A stretch of DNA of 64,000 bases from Bacteroidota bacterium (lineage in GTDB: Bacteria > Bacteroidota > Ignavibacteria > UBA10030 > SZUA-254). The stretch's first letter is position 1. Each line of letters opens with the position of its first letter. Under the pieces are notes generated by a model, which was given only the letters and a program-made list of their open reading frames with translations, did no database searches and was not told the origin of the DNA. Positions 17,597 to 26,644 of this stretch are shown one piece after another. The DNA lies in NCBI GenBank assembly GCA_035518715.1, contig DATIXJ010000027.1:85657-149656 (forward strand), given 5' to 3'. The position numbers and the translations under genes are program-made.

Positions 17597-18514
17597 ATGT
17601 ATTCGATCATCATTCCGATCTATAACGAGAACGATATTATCCCCGAGCTCTACCGCCGGTTGAAGCTGGCTGCGGATTCGCTCGACGCTCCGGCCGAATT
17701 CATCTTTGTCGACGATGCCAGCAGCGACGAGTCGTTTCTCCGGCTCGAAGAACTTCATGCATCGGATCCGCGCATCAAGGTAATCCGGCTGTCAAGGAAT
17801 TTCGGGCACCAGGTGGCAATCACGGCAGGCCTGGATCATGCGAACGGCGATGCGGTGATGATGATGGACGGAGATTTGCAGGATCCGCCGGAGCTCCTTC
17901 CACAGCTCGCGGCCCGCTGGAAAGAGGGGTTTCAGGTTGTGTACACGGTGAAGAGAAGCAGGAAGGAACATTTTCTGATGCGCCTTGCGTTCTCGACTTT
18001 TTACCGGGTGATGCATGCTTTTTCGCCGATAGCGATTCCAATGGAAGCCGGAAATTTTTCGCTCCTCGACCGGCGCGTTGTTGAGGTATTCCGCAGAATG
18101 CCGGAACGCAACCGCTATATCAGCGGGATGCGCGCATGGGCGGGATTCAAACAGACCGGCATCGAATTCGACCGCGGCGCGCGGTTCGCCGGGAAGCCCA
18201 AGATGACACTCCGGCGTCTCATCAATCTCGCGCTCGACGGGGTGATATCGTTTTCCAATGCGCCGCTTCGACTATCCATCTATGTCGGCATCGGCACCGC
18301 GGGATTGTCGTTCGTCATCACCGGCTACGTTCTGTACGCGAAACTCTTTACCAATACTGCTATCCTCGGCTGGGCATCAACCATCGCCGCTGTCACGTTC
18401 ATCGGCGGCATGATCCTCCTGACACTTGGCGTCATCGGCGAGTACATCGGCAGGATCTACGATGAGGTCAAACAGCGGCCGATCTATATTGTGAAGGATA
18501 AGGTCGGCTTATAA
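17597..18514 (+). CDS. GT2 polyprenol-phosphate glycosyltransferase (GtrB/ArnC-like)
   Basis: Motifs: MYSIIIPIYNE, FVDDASSDES, MMDGDLQDPPE. The C-terminal TM helices are LSIYVGIGTAGLSFVITGYV and IAAVTFIGGMILLTLGVIG. Confidence 0.9.
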   Translation: MYSIIIPIYNENDIIPELYRRLKLAADSLDAPAEFIFVDDASSDESFLRLEELHASDPRIKVIRLSRNFGHQVAITAGLDHANGDAVMMMDGDLQDPPELLPQLAARWKEGFQVVYTVKRSRKEHFLMRLAFSTFYRVMHAFSPIAIPMEAGNFSLLDRRVVEVFRRMPERNRYISGMRAWAGFKQTGIEFDRGARFAGKPKMTLRRLINLALDGVISFSNAPLRLSIYVGIGTAGLSFVITGYVLYAKLFTNTAILGWASTIAAVTFIGGMILLTLGVIGEYIGRIYDEVKQRPIYIVKDKVGL

Positions 18515-18546
18515 GTCGTCACCGCGTTGACCCGCCGCGCACACAC

Positions 18547-18918
18547 ATGAGTCCAATTCTGCGGAAAACGCCTCCTGCTCTTCTGCTTCTCGGCTCGCTC
18601 ATCCTCGCCACCATACCCGTGCATGCGCAGCACCCCGTATCGGTGAGCTCCGGAAATCAATCCGTCACGTTTCAATGGACTCGGATCGGATTCGATGCAG
18701 ACAGGAACCGGTACGGTATCGGATGGACATTCGAAAACACCTCCCCCGACAGTCTCGTCTTCAGATATCTGATCGTGAGCAGCTGCAGGGATACGCTGAC
18801 GGGCATCATGACTCTTCTCTCACACCGTCATCGGATGGGCGGAGCGCTTTGTTCCTGCGATTCCATTGCCGGTATCTCAATCAGTGTGCTGAATGAGCGG
18901 AAGGGGAGAGCCAGGTGA
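18547..18918 (+). CDS. Small hypothetical secreted protein
   Basis: Signal peptide MSPILRKTPPALLLLGSLILATIPVHAQ. The stop overlaps the start of the next gene (GTGA). Confidence 0.45.
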   Translation: MSPILRKTPPALLLLGSLILATIPVHAQHPVSVSSGNQSVTFQWTRIGFDADRNRYGIGWTFENTSPDSLVFRYLIVSSCRDTLTGIMTLLSHRHRMGGALCSCDSIAGISISVLNERKGRAR

Positions 18919-20837
18919 GCGCAGGCTCTTTCAACATCAGGCAGCTTTCTACATCCCGCATTCTCTACCTTGCCGCCGCCTGCTGGGTGATACTCTATGC
19001 CGCTGCATCGTTTCTTCCCGATTCACCTCTCTGGGGATTAAACCACCTCGCATTCTTCCCCGGAGCTGAACGGATCGGCATCCTCCTTCTTGCAATTGTC
19101 CTCCTGATTCCGAAGGTCAGTTCGCTCTACCTCTCCGCCGCAGAGAATCTTTTCGAACGCGTCCAGCGGACGCAAATGCTCAGGTCGGCCGTGACGATTC
19201 TTCTCGGAACCGCTTCGATGCTGATATTTTTCCGGTTGAGGATTGTGACGGACATCTACGGTGATACGCGCACTCTTCTCTCATGGTTGAGCAGATATCA
19301 CTACTCCCTGGTGGATCTTCTTGATCCGAAAGAGACCGAGCCGCTCACGCGTATGATCCACCAATCGGTTGCTGACTGGTTTCATCTCGATTTGAAATTC
19401 ACATTTCAGGTCGTTGGAGTTCTCGCCGGCGGTATTGCCGTGATGACCTATCTCATGGCCGTACAGTATGTGCGCGGTCCGGCGCCATGGAAGCTCTTCG
19501 TTCTTCTTGTGGGCCTCACCGCGGGTGTCAATCAGCTCTATTTCGGGCACGTTGAAGATTACACCCTCTTCCATTTGTGGTCCCTCTTCTTTCTCATCGT
19601 GCTCTGGGTATCGTTTGAGGGGAAAAATGTCGTTCTCCTGATGGTCGCGTCCCTTGTGGTGGGGGCACGTCTTCACGTCGAAGCGGTATTTTTTATACCG
19701 ACCTGCATCTACGCCGTTCTCCACGCCTCGAAAGAGACATCCTCCCGGGTGCGGCGGTGGATTGAACCGCGTGCGATCGGAGTGTTCGTGGGCAGCACTG
19801 TAGTGGCCGGCACGCTGGCGTATTTCTTCTATTTCCATGCAGATCACTATGTCGTCGGCGACCGGGATGAGGTCTTCAAGAAACTCTTTCTTCCCATGGT
19901 CAATTTTCACCTGCCGCCGCATTCCTATTCCCTCCTATCGTGGAAACACGTTTCTGACTGGATCCAGGAGATCCTCTTCACCGTCTCGCCGGCTGCGGTA
20001 GGCATGTTCGTTCTCGCGATCGTCTTTCGCCGGCGTATCGACTGGAAAGATCCGAAAATTCTTTGCTATGGACTTGCGTCATTCTATTTTCTGCTCTTCA
20101 ACATGACCATCAATCCGATGCTCACGCCAATCCGGGACTGGGATTTTCTCTCTCTTGCTGCGGATCCGCTCACGTTTCTTGCGATCGCACTCTCGCAACA
20201 GATCTTTCTGATGTTCAAGGAACCCGGGGATCAGAGAACCATCCTTGCCATCGGTGTCGCTCTTGCAGTCATCTCATGCTCGATCTTCCTTGTCAATGCC
20301 GATCCCGTGAAGGTGAGCCGGCGTCTCGAAGGGACCGGAACATGGGCTTATCATGGCTTTTATTCCGGTTCTTCGTATATTATCAACGTCGGCGAGAAAA
20401 TGATCACTGATCCCGGCGAGCAGATTACGCGACGCGAGGAAGAGATCCGGAAGCTGGAACCCTCCGCGTCGCATCCCGACCTCGAATTGGGCGTGCTCTA
20501 TCACAAACTGGGCGAGGCGGCACTGGTGGCACATCAATATGACCTGGCAATGAATACGTTCACGCTGGCCTATGCCAATGATTCAACCAATGCATCTGCC
20601 ATTCGCTCGCTCGGACTCATTGCCATGCTGAACGGACGCTATGATGACGCAGAAGAGATGCTGGACTATTATAATGAAAACCTCAATCGGCCGATCGTCC
20701 GGGATTTCGGGGCGCTGGTTCTTGCGCAGGAGCTTGCACACCTTCGAATGCTTGAAGCAGATCACGCCGATTCCTCTGCGATCCGGCGCCAGCGGGAAGA
20801 CGTCACTGCGTTTTATGTCGGCGAATATTATAAATAG
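18915..20837 (+). CDS. Polytopic membrane protein with C-terminal TPR-like repeats (possible GT-C / polymerase-like)
   Basis: It has at least 10 hydrophobic segments in the first approx. 460 aa. The soluble tail reads LGVLYHKLGEAALVAHQYDLAMNTFTLAYANDSTNASAIRSLGLIAMLNGRYDDAEEML. Confidence 0.7.
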   Translation: MSAGSFNIRQLSTSRILYLAAACWVILYAAASFLPDSPLWGLNHLAFFPGAERIGILLLAIVLLIPKVSSLYLSAAENLFERVQRTQMLRSAVTILLGTASMLIFFRLRIVTDIYGDTRTLLSWLSRYHYSLVDLLDPKETEPLTRMIHQSVADWFHLDLKFTFQVVGVLAGGIAVMTYLMAVQYVRGPAPWKLFVLLVGLTAGVNQLYFGHVEDYTLFHLWSLFFLIVLWVSFEGKNVVLLMVASLVVGARLHVEAVFFIPTCIYAVLHASKETSSRVRRWIEPRAIGVFVGSTVVAGTLAYFFYFHADHYVVGDRDEVFKKLFLPMVNFHLPPHSYSLLSWKHVSDWIQEILFTVSPAAVGMFVLAIVFRRRIDWKDPKILCYGLASFYFLLFNMTINPMLTPIRDWDFLSLAADPLTFLAIALSQQIFLMFKEPGDQRTILAIGVALAVISCSIFLVNADPVKVSRRLEGTGTWAYHGFYSGSSYIINVGEKMITDPGEQITRREEEIRKLEPSASHPDLELGVLYHKLGEAALVAHQYDLAMNTFTLAYANDSTNASAIRSLGLIAMLNGRYDDAEEMLDYYNENLNRPIVRDFGALVLAQELAHLRMLEADHADSSAIRRQREDVTAFYVGEYYK

Positions 20838-20852
20838 GCGGCCCGGACCGGT

Positions 20853-21983
20853 GTGAAAATCATTATCGTGGGAACGGCGTTTCCTCTCCGCGGCGGCATC
20901 GCACACTTCAACGCACTGCTTGCATCACACCTCAAACTCAGGCATGGGGTGGAGACCGTTACATTCAAACGCCAGTATCCGAAGCTGCTGTTTCCCGGAA
21001 AAACGCAGGAGGAATCCGGAGAGCAGGCTGGTATTGAGCCCGCGCCACAGCTCGTTGATTCGATTAACCCGTTCAACTGGTGGAGTGTTGCTCGTCAGAT
21101 TGCGGCACGGCATCCCGATCTTCTCATCTTCAAGTACTGGCTTCCTTTTTTCGGCCCCTGTTTCGGAACGATTGCCGGAAGCGTGAAGAAGAGAAGCGGT
21201 GCGAAGGTTATTTACATCTGCGACAATATCATTCCCCACGAACGGCGGCCGGGAGATGTGGCATTCACGCGGTATGCGTTCCGCCGGGCGGATGGGTTTA
21301 TTGTCCAGTCGGATGCGGTCGAAAAAGATCTCCGGACGCATTTTCCCGGTTCGCATTACCGGAAAGTCCCGCATCCGGTATATGAGAATTTTGGAACGGC
21401 GATTCCGAAGGAAACGGCCAGGAAGAAACTGGGGATTCGTGCTGAAAGGATCATGTTGTTTTTTGGATATGTCCGTGCATATAAGGGACTATTTGTCCTG
21501 ATCGATGCGATGAGCCATTTGAAAGATGCCGGTATCCATCTTCTTGTCGTCGGCGAGTTTTATGATGATGAGCAGAAATACCGTTCACGTGTGGAAGGCC
21601 TTGGGCTTGGATCGAGCGTGACGTTTGTATCGGAATATGTTCCGAACGATCGGGTGGGTGAATATTTCAGCGCCGCGGATGTGGTGGTGCTTCCGTATCT
21701 TTCCGCGACGCAGAGCGGGATCGTGCAGATCGCATACAATTTCGACAAGCCGGTCATTGCAACAACCACAGGCGGACTGGTAGAAGTCGTGGTGGAAGGA
21801 AAAACCGGTTTTCTTGTTCCCCCCGGTTCTCCAAAGGAGCTTGCCGGATCTATACGAAGATTTTATGATGAAAAAAAGGAAGCCGCGTTTGTGGAACATG
21901 TGAAAACCGAAAAGAAGAAATACAGCTGGGATTCACTCGTGGAAAATATTGAGGCACTGGCAGCGGAAGTATCGGGATCATAA
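20853..21983 (+). CDS. Glycosyltransferase family 4 (GT-B)
   Basis: Motifs: FGYVRAYKG, VVLPYLSATQSGIVQIAYNFDKPVIATTTGGLVEVVVEGKTGFLVPP (E-X7-E region). GTG start. Confidence 0.9.
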   Translation: MKIIIVGTAFPLRGGIAHFNALLASHLKLRHGVETVTFKRQYPKLLFPGKTQEESGEQAGIEPAPQLVDSINPFNWWSVARQIAARHPDLLIFKYWLPFFGPCFGTIAGSVKKRSGAKVIYICDNIIPHERRPGDVAFTRYAFRRADGFIVQSDAVEKDLRTHFPGSHYRKVPHPVYENFGTAIPKETARKKLGIRAERIMLFFGYVRAYKGLFVLIDAMSHLKDAGIHLLVVGEFYDDEQKYRSRVEGLGLGSSVTFVSEYVPNDRVGEYFSAADVVVLPYLSATQSGIVQIAYNFDKPVIATTTGGLVEVVVEGKTGFLVPPGSPKELAGSIRRFYDEKKEAAFVEHVKTEKKKYSWDSLVENIEALAAEVSGS

Positions 21984-22768
21984 TGGAAATTACCGAAGCG
22001 GGAAGAAAATACTGGCAGTATGAGTATGATGTGATGGCGCAGTATCTGCTGCCGCTGATGCGTGAGTGGGGTGTGAAGATCGAAGGCGCCACTGTTCTCG
22101 ACGTCGGCTGCGGCGACGGCGGCGGCATCAGCGCGATGTATGATGCGGGAATGCACTGCAAGGGTTTCGATATCACACAGCCGTACATCGACCTTGCCCA
22201 TGCCATGAGCGAAGGGAGGAAGATGGAGATGTTTGTCGGCTCCATCTACGCGAATCCCATCCCGCTGGAAGGTGAGCGGTTCGATGTGGTGATACTCCAC
22301 GATGTGTTTGAACATCTCGAACGGAAGACGTACGTCCTGGAAACTCTCAAGAAGTATCTGCTTCCGTCCGGGCAGCTGGTAATTACCTTCCCGCCGTATT
22401 ATTCCGCATTCGGGGCGCATCAGCAATTTCTCTCCGCCCGATACGGCAAGATTCCCTTCTTTCATCTTATGCCGTTTGCAGTTTCCGGTATCATCCCAAA
22501 ACTGAAGAACGAGCAGCCTCATCTCGTCGAGGAGATTCAGAAACTTGCACGCCTGAAAATGGGGATAGGAAACTTCGAGCACCTGCTTCGGGAAACAAAT
22601 TATCGGATCGAGAAGAAGAAATTCTATACGATCGGTCCGAATCATATCCGTTTCGGATTGAAACCGCTTGGTGCAGGCGTCGTCGGAAGCATACCGGGGC
22701 TGCGTGAGCTTCTCGTGTCCGGTGTCGTTTATCTTCTCTCCGCGGGGAATGGAGGGCGGGCGAAGTGA
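21983..22768 (+). CDS. Class I SAM-dependent methyltransferase
   Basis: Motifs: VLDVGCGDGGG, FDVVILHDVFEHL, PSGQLVITFP. The start overlaps the upstream stop (ATAATG). Confidence 0.85.
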   Translation: MEITEAGRKYWQYEYDVMAQYLLPLMREWGVKIEGATVLDVGCGDGGGISAMYDAGMHCKGFDITQPYIDLAHAMSEGRKMEMFVGSIYANPIPLEGERFDVVILHDVFEHLERKTYVLETLKKYLLPSGQLVITFPPYYSAFGAHQQFLSARYGKIPFFHLMPFAVSGIIPKLKNEQPHLVEEIQKLARLKMGIGNFEHLLRETNYRIEKKKFYTIGPNHIRFGLKPLGAGVVGSIPGLRELLVSGVVYLLSAGNGGRAK

Positions 22769-23880
22769 AGACTGCCGTGGTATTCGGAACGCGTCCCGAG
22801 ACGATAAAGCTTGCACCGGTAGTGAAAGAGCTGGAGAAGCGCAAGCTCGATCATGCCGTCATTGTTACGGCACAGCACAGGGAGATGCTCGACCAGGAGC
22901 TTGGCGTTTTTAACATCACGCCGCATCATGATCTCAATATCATGCAGCACAACCAGGATCTCTTTCATGTAACGACTGCCGTACTCAATCACATCAAACC
23001 GGTCCTGGCGAAGGAGATGCCGGATGTGCTCCTTGTCCAGGGAGACACGACGACGACATTTGCGGCAAGCTTAGCGGCATTCTACCTGAAAATTCCCGTT
23101 GGGCATGTGGAGGCGGGGCTCCGGACGTGGAACAAGTTCAATCCGTGGCCCGAGGAATTGAACCGCCAGCTCACGACACGCCTGACGGATTTCCATTTCG
23201 CACCGACGGAATGGGCCGGAAAGAACCTGCGAAGTGAGGGCATCGAGAAAGAGCGGATTTACGTAACCGGAAATACGGTCATCGATGCGCTGCTCATGAT
23301 CGTCGATCCGAATTACAAGTTCACCGAAGCGCCTCTCGATAAGATCGATTTTGAGAAGAAGCGGATCATCGTACTCACTTCGCACAGGCGTGAGAATTTC
23401 GGCGACCCGATGGGACAGATATTCACGGCGTGCAGGATGCTGGTGGAAAAATATCCTGACACGGAATTGATTTATCCCGTGCATCCGAATCCGAACGTGC
23501 AGAAGAAAGCGAAGGAAATCCTCGCCGGTGTTCCGCGGATTCACCTGATCAAGCCGATGGAGTATCGGCCTTTCGTTCAGCTGATGAACAAATGTTACCT
23601 GATTCTGACGGATTCTGGCGGCGTGCAGGAAGAAGCGCCCTCGCTCGGGAAGCCGGTGCTCGTACTCCGGAAGACGACGGAGCGTCCCGAGGCGATCGAA
23701 GCCGGCACGGCAAAGCTGGTGGGTACCGACCGCGATCCCATTTTCCGTGAGGCCGACAAGCTTCTCTCCGACCGCAAAGCGTATCTTGAGATGTCGACAA
23801 AGGCGAACCCGTACGGCGACGGCAAGGCATCGGAGCGGATCGTCGACATACTTCTCCGGAGCGTAGTAAAGGCAACGTGA
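22765..23880 (+). CDS. wecB: UDP-N-acetylglucosamine 2-epimerase (non-hydrolysing)
   Basis: Motifs: VFGTRPETIKLAPV, VQGDTTTTFAASLAAFY, HVEAGLRT, TDSGGVQEEAPSLGKPVLVLR. Confidence 0.95.
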   Translation: MKTAVVFGTRPETIKLAPVVKELEKRKLDHAVIVTAQHREMLDQELGVFNITPHHDLNIMQHNQDLFHVTTAVLNHIKPVLAKEMPDVLLVQGDTTTTFAASLAAFYLKIPVGHVEAGLRTWNKFNPWPEELNRQLTTRLTDFHFAPTEWAGKNLRSEGIEKERIYVTGNTVIDALLMIVDPNYKFTEAPLDKIDFEKKRIIVLTSHRRENFGDPMGQIFTACRMLVEKYPDTELIYPVHPNPNVQKKAKEILAGVPRIHLIKPMEYRPFVQLMNKCYLILTDSGGVQEEAPSLGKPVLVLRKTTERPEAIEAGTAKLVGTDRDPIFREADKLLSDRKAYLEMSTKANPYGDGKASERIVDILLRSVVKAT

Positions 23881-24782
23881 TGCCTCAGCAGTTTCCTCTC
23901 GTCTATTGCAACGTCCTGACGCTGAACGGCAGGGACGTCCTCGTCGAGACACTCGATACCATCCGTGCAATGACCTATCCCAATTTCAAAGTGCTTGTGG
24001 TGGATAACGGCTCGACGGACGGGTCGCAGAAGTTCCTGAAAGAGAAGTACCCGTGGGTTCATCTCATTGAGAACGGGGAAAACCTCGGCGTCACCGGCGG
24101 GCGGAATGTGGGAATGAAGTACGCTCTTGAACATGGAGCGGAGTGGATTCATCATATCGACAACGATGTAAAGGTCGATCCGGAGCTGTTGAGCGAGCTG
24201 ATGCGTGCCGCAGCGACCGATTCCAAGATCGGAATACTCGGCTCCAAGATCTTCTATTATGCGAAACCGGACACACTCTGGTATGCGGGAGGAAACGTAA
24301 ACTACTGGACCGGCATGGTGACGCACCGCGGCTTGCGGCAGAAGGATACGGGTAAATACGACAGGTTCGAAGACACCGCGTATGTTGTGGGGTGCTCTTT
24401 CTGTCTGAGCCGCAACGTTCTCGAAACCGTGGGGATGTTTGATCCCATTTTTAATCCGTTCTACACGGAAGATTCCGACATGTGTGCACGGGCGGTGAGG
24501 TCGGGGTTCCGCGTGGTCTATGTCCCGACGGCGAAGCTCTGGCACCGCGTCTCGACTTCGAGCGGCGGTATCATCACACCGAAGCGGATGACGCTGAAGA
24601 TCGAGTACAATCTTATTTATTTCAAGCGCTACGCCCGCTGGTACCACTGGCTGACGATCCCGTGGTGCATCGGCTTCCTGACGCTTGTCTTCCTGGTCAA
24701 GGAGCTTGCCAAAGGCAAATTCAGCACAATTCCCGCGCTGGCGAAGGGATTTGTCAAGGCGGTGAAACAGCTCTTCGGGTAA
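23877..24782 (+). CDS. GT2 glycosyltransferase (rhamnosyltransferase-like)
   Basis: Motifs: VVDNGSTDGS, NLGVTGGRNVG, IDNDV, FYTEDSDMC. Overlaps the wecB stop by 4 nt. Confidence 0.9.
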   Translation: MMPQQFPLVYCNVLTLNGRDVLVETLDTIRAMTYPNFKVLVVDNGSTDGSQKFLKEKYPWVHLIENGENLGVTGGRNVGMKYALEHGAEWIHHIDNDVKVDPELLSELMRAAATDSKIGILGSKIFYYAKPDTLWYAGGNVNYWTGMVTHRGLRQKDTGKYDRFEDTAYVVGCSFCLSRNVLETVGMFDPIFNPFYTEDSDMCARAVRSGFRVVYVPTAKLWHRVSTSSGGIITPKRMTLKIEYNLIYFKRYARWYHWLTIPWCIGFLTLVFLVKELAKGKFSTIPALAKGFVKAVKQLFG

Positions 24783-25173
24783 GTTCTTATCTCCGTTCTT
24801 TCCAATAATTCCAGCCCATCTTCAATTTCGCTTGAAGATTCGCAAATAATTCGTTACCATTCTTCATGTGTCGAATTTTTGGGGGATGAAATTCGACGCT
24901 CCCTTGACGACTGATGTCCGGTTGAATCAGTGCGGGGGTCTTTCGAAATGAATTCGACGGTGACCGCAGATCTGCGATTCCCGTCGGGTTACCACCACAG
25001 CGTTTATCATCTGGCTCTTTTTCTGTTTTGATTTTCATTGTTCCGGGGATTTTGCTTCAGTTTACCGACAACGATAATGAGGCTTCTTCCGTGGACAACT
25101 AAAAGTGTCAAACACGCCGTGTGGCGAAATGCCAAACGTTATGTGCAATTGCTTCGCGGTCAAGGGAAAAAAC

Positions 25174-26547
25174 ATGAAGTCAACACATGATACTCATTGG
25201 AAGCTTTGGATCATCTTACTCGTTGCTTTCCTCAATGGCTTATTGATGAATCGGGGTTCAGCCTGTCAGTGTTTTTCTGGCCCTCCATGCGAGGCCTACA
25301 AATACTCAGGTGTGATATTCATTGGTGAACTGCTGACTCAACAAAACTCTGGTTTCGGCGGGAGGATTGGAATTCTCTATTCTTTCAAGGTCACAAAATT
25401 GTACAAAGGGAAACGATCAGGTGAAATGAAGATCATGTCAGGGTTTGGCGGAGGGGATTGTGGCTATCCTTTTGAGAAAGGAATTCCTTATTTGATATAT
25501 GCTGATTCTATCCAGGGTGGTGTGCTATATACCGACATCTGTACTCGAACCCGTCAAGTAAGAGAAGCCGCTCTCGACCTATCGTACCTCGACAATTTGC
25601 CGAAATCAGCTGAGCAAACTCACGCCTGGGGTAGTATAATGCAGTTTGATAGTCTCACTGACTATTACATAAAATTCAAACCTTCACCCGGTGTCCAAAT
25701 CAGTACAGTTGCCAATGGTCAGCGTCTCAAAACCTTTTCCGATAGCCTCGGCAATTTCGAATTTGTCAATCTTCCCCCCGACAGTTACAAATTCAGTATC
25801 ACCGTACCCCACAATTTTATGCTGGAATACGGCGATGCTTATACTGAAGTTCGATTGGCACCATCGGGTTGTGCAATGATTCCCCTTACGCTTGTTCCCG
25901 ATGGCCGCATTAGTGGTCGGGTATTAGATAACGATGGCAAATCCGTGCCGCTGATCGACGTCGATCTGATGGCAGTAGATTCTGGCTATTCAAATAATTC
26001 GTACTTGCACACCATTGGTACCCGTGGATACACAAATCGGGATGGGAGATATACGATTCGGGGAGTTCCTCCAGGCAAATATTATGTTGGGGTGAACTTG
26101 ATACATGAGCCCAGGGGAAGACAGCCCTTCCCTCCAACATTCTATCCTGGAGTGACAGACAGATCGCAAGCACGAAAGATTGAAATGAAACTTGGCGATG
26201 CAAGAGATTCCACTGACATTCTCATGCAACAACAATATGCGGTAAAAAAAATCGAAGGAATCCTCAAGTACTCCGATGGGAGCGCTGTCCGAGGTGGCTA
26301 TGTTACATTTGACGAAACAAGAACAAAGGTTCTGGCAGCAAAACAATATGCTGAGAGCGCCGTCGATTCCACTGGCCATTTCTCACTCCCCGCATTGAGA
26401 AACCAGAAAGGCTGGATCCACGCAACAATCAATCCTGATCCGGCATTAAAAAATTTCGTTGTAACGAATCCGGAACCAATCGAGATTACAGCGAGCGAAG
26501 GTACTCGGGTGTTTATTATCAAATTTGCCCTGAAACCAAATAGATAA
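25174..26547 (+). CDS. Secreted protein with an N-terminal TIMP/NTR-like domain followed by CarboxypepD_reg-like beta-sandwich domains
   Basis: The signal peptide ends ...NRGSA, and the predicted mature end is CQC. TIMP-like blocks are YSFKVTKLYKG and DCGYPFEKGIPYLIYADSIQGGVLYTDIC. Later blocks are GRISGRVLDNDGKSVP and RDGRYTIRGVPPGKYYV. I prefer the ATG start at 25174; the track ORF starts at 25105. Confidence 0.7.
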   Translation: MKSTHDTHWKLWIILLVAFLNGLLMNRGSACQCFSGPPCEAYKYSGVIFIGELLTQQNSGFGGRIGILYSFKVTKLYKGKRSGEMKIMSGFGGGDCGYPFEKGIPYLIYADSIQGGVLYTDICTRTRQVREAALDLSYLDNLPKSAEQTHAWGSIMQFDSLTDYYIKFKPSPGVQISTVANGQRLKTFSDSLGNFEFVNLPPDSYKFSITVPHNFMLEYGDAYTEVRLAPSGCAMIPLTLVPDGRISGRVLDNDGKSVPLIDVDLMAVDSGYSNNSYLHTIGTRGYTNRDGRYTIRGVPPGKYYVGVNLIHEPRGRQPFPPTFYPGVTDRSQARKIEMKLGDARDSTDILMQQQYAVKKIEGILKYSDGSAVRGGYVTFDETRTKVLAAKQYAESAVDSTGHFSLPALRNQKGWIHATINPDPALKNFVVTNPEPIEITASEGTRVFIIKFALKPNR

Positions 26548-26549
26548 TC

Positions 26550-26611
26550 GATCAACATCGCAAAGCAGCTGCGCACGTTATGCGCCATGAACGGCGGCAG
26601 CTGTGTTCTGC
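26550..26611 (+). other. attC-like imperfect palindrome (weak candidate)
   Basis: GATCAAC (26550-26556) ... GTTCTGC (26605-26611). The inner arms CAGCTGC/GCAGCTG pair. The centre is GCGCA-cgtta-TGCGC and contains ACGTTATGCG, which recurs at 29385-29394. The flanking 7-mers are non-canonical. Confidence 0.25.
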
Positions 26612-26644
26612 ATTGGCCGTTTTTCATCCTGAGGATTCGACCAG

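Noticed and set aside
21863-24647. Long minus-strand ORFs (21863-22816, 23071-23970, 23595-24647)
   Set aside because: All are antisense to well-supported + strand genes (methyltransferase, wecB, GT2). They are Arg-rich and motif-free, so I treat them as shadow ORFs.
24781-24804. AAGTTCTT right after the GT2 stop matches the AAGTTCTTTG block of the repeat element, so it might be an island boundary or attI-like core
   Set aside because: An 8-mer is expected by chance about twice in 64 kb on two strands, and there is no flanking similarity or pairing partner. This is not enough evidence.
24787-25038. An 83-aa minus-strand ORF at the left island junction, checked as a possible integrase or transposase remnant
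   Set aside because: The translation has no tyrosine-recombinase or DDE features. The stretch contains hairpins (TCGAATTT-N10-AAATTCGA at 24871-24896, and the CGCAGATCTGCG palindrome) and looks non-coding. I could not assign it to any RNA family.
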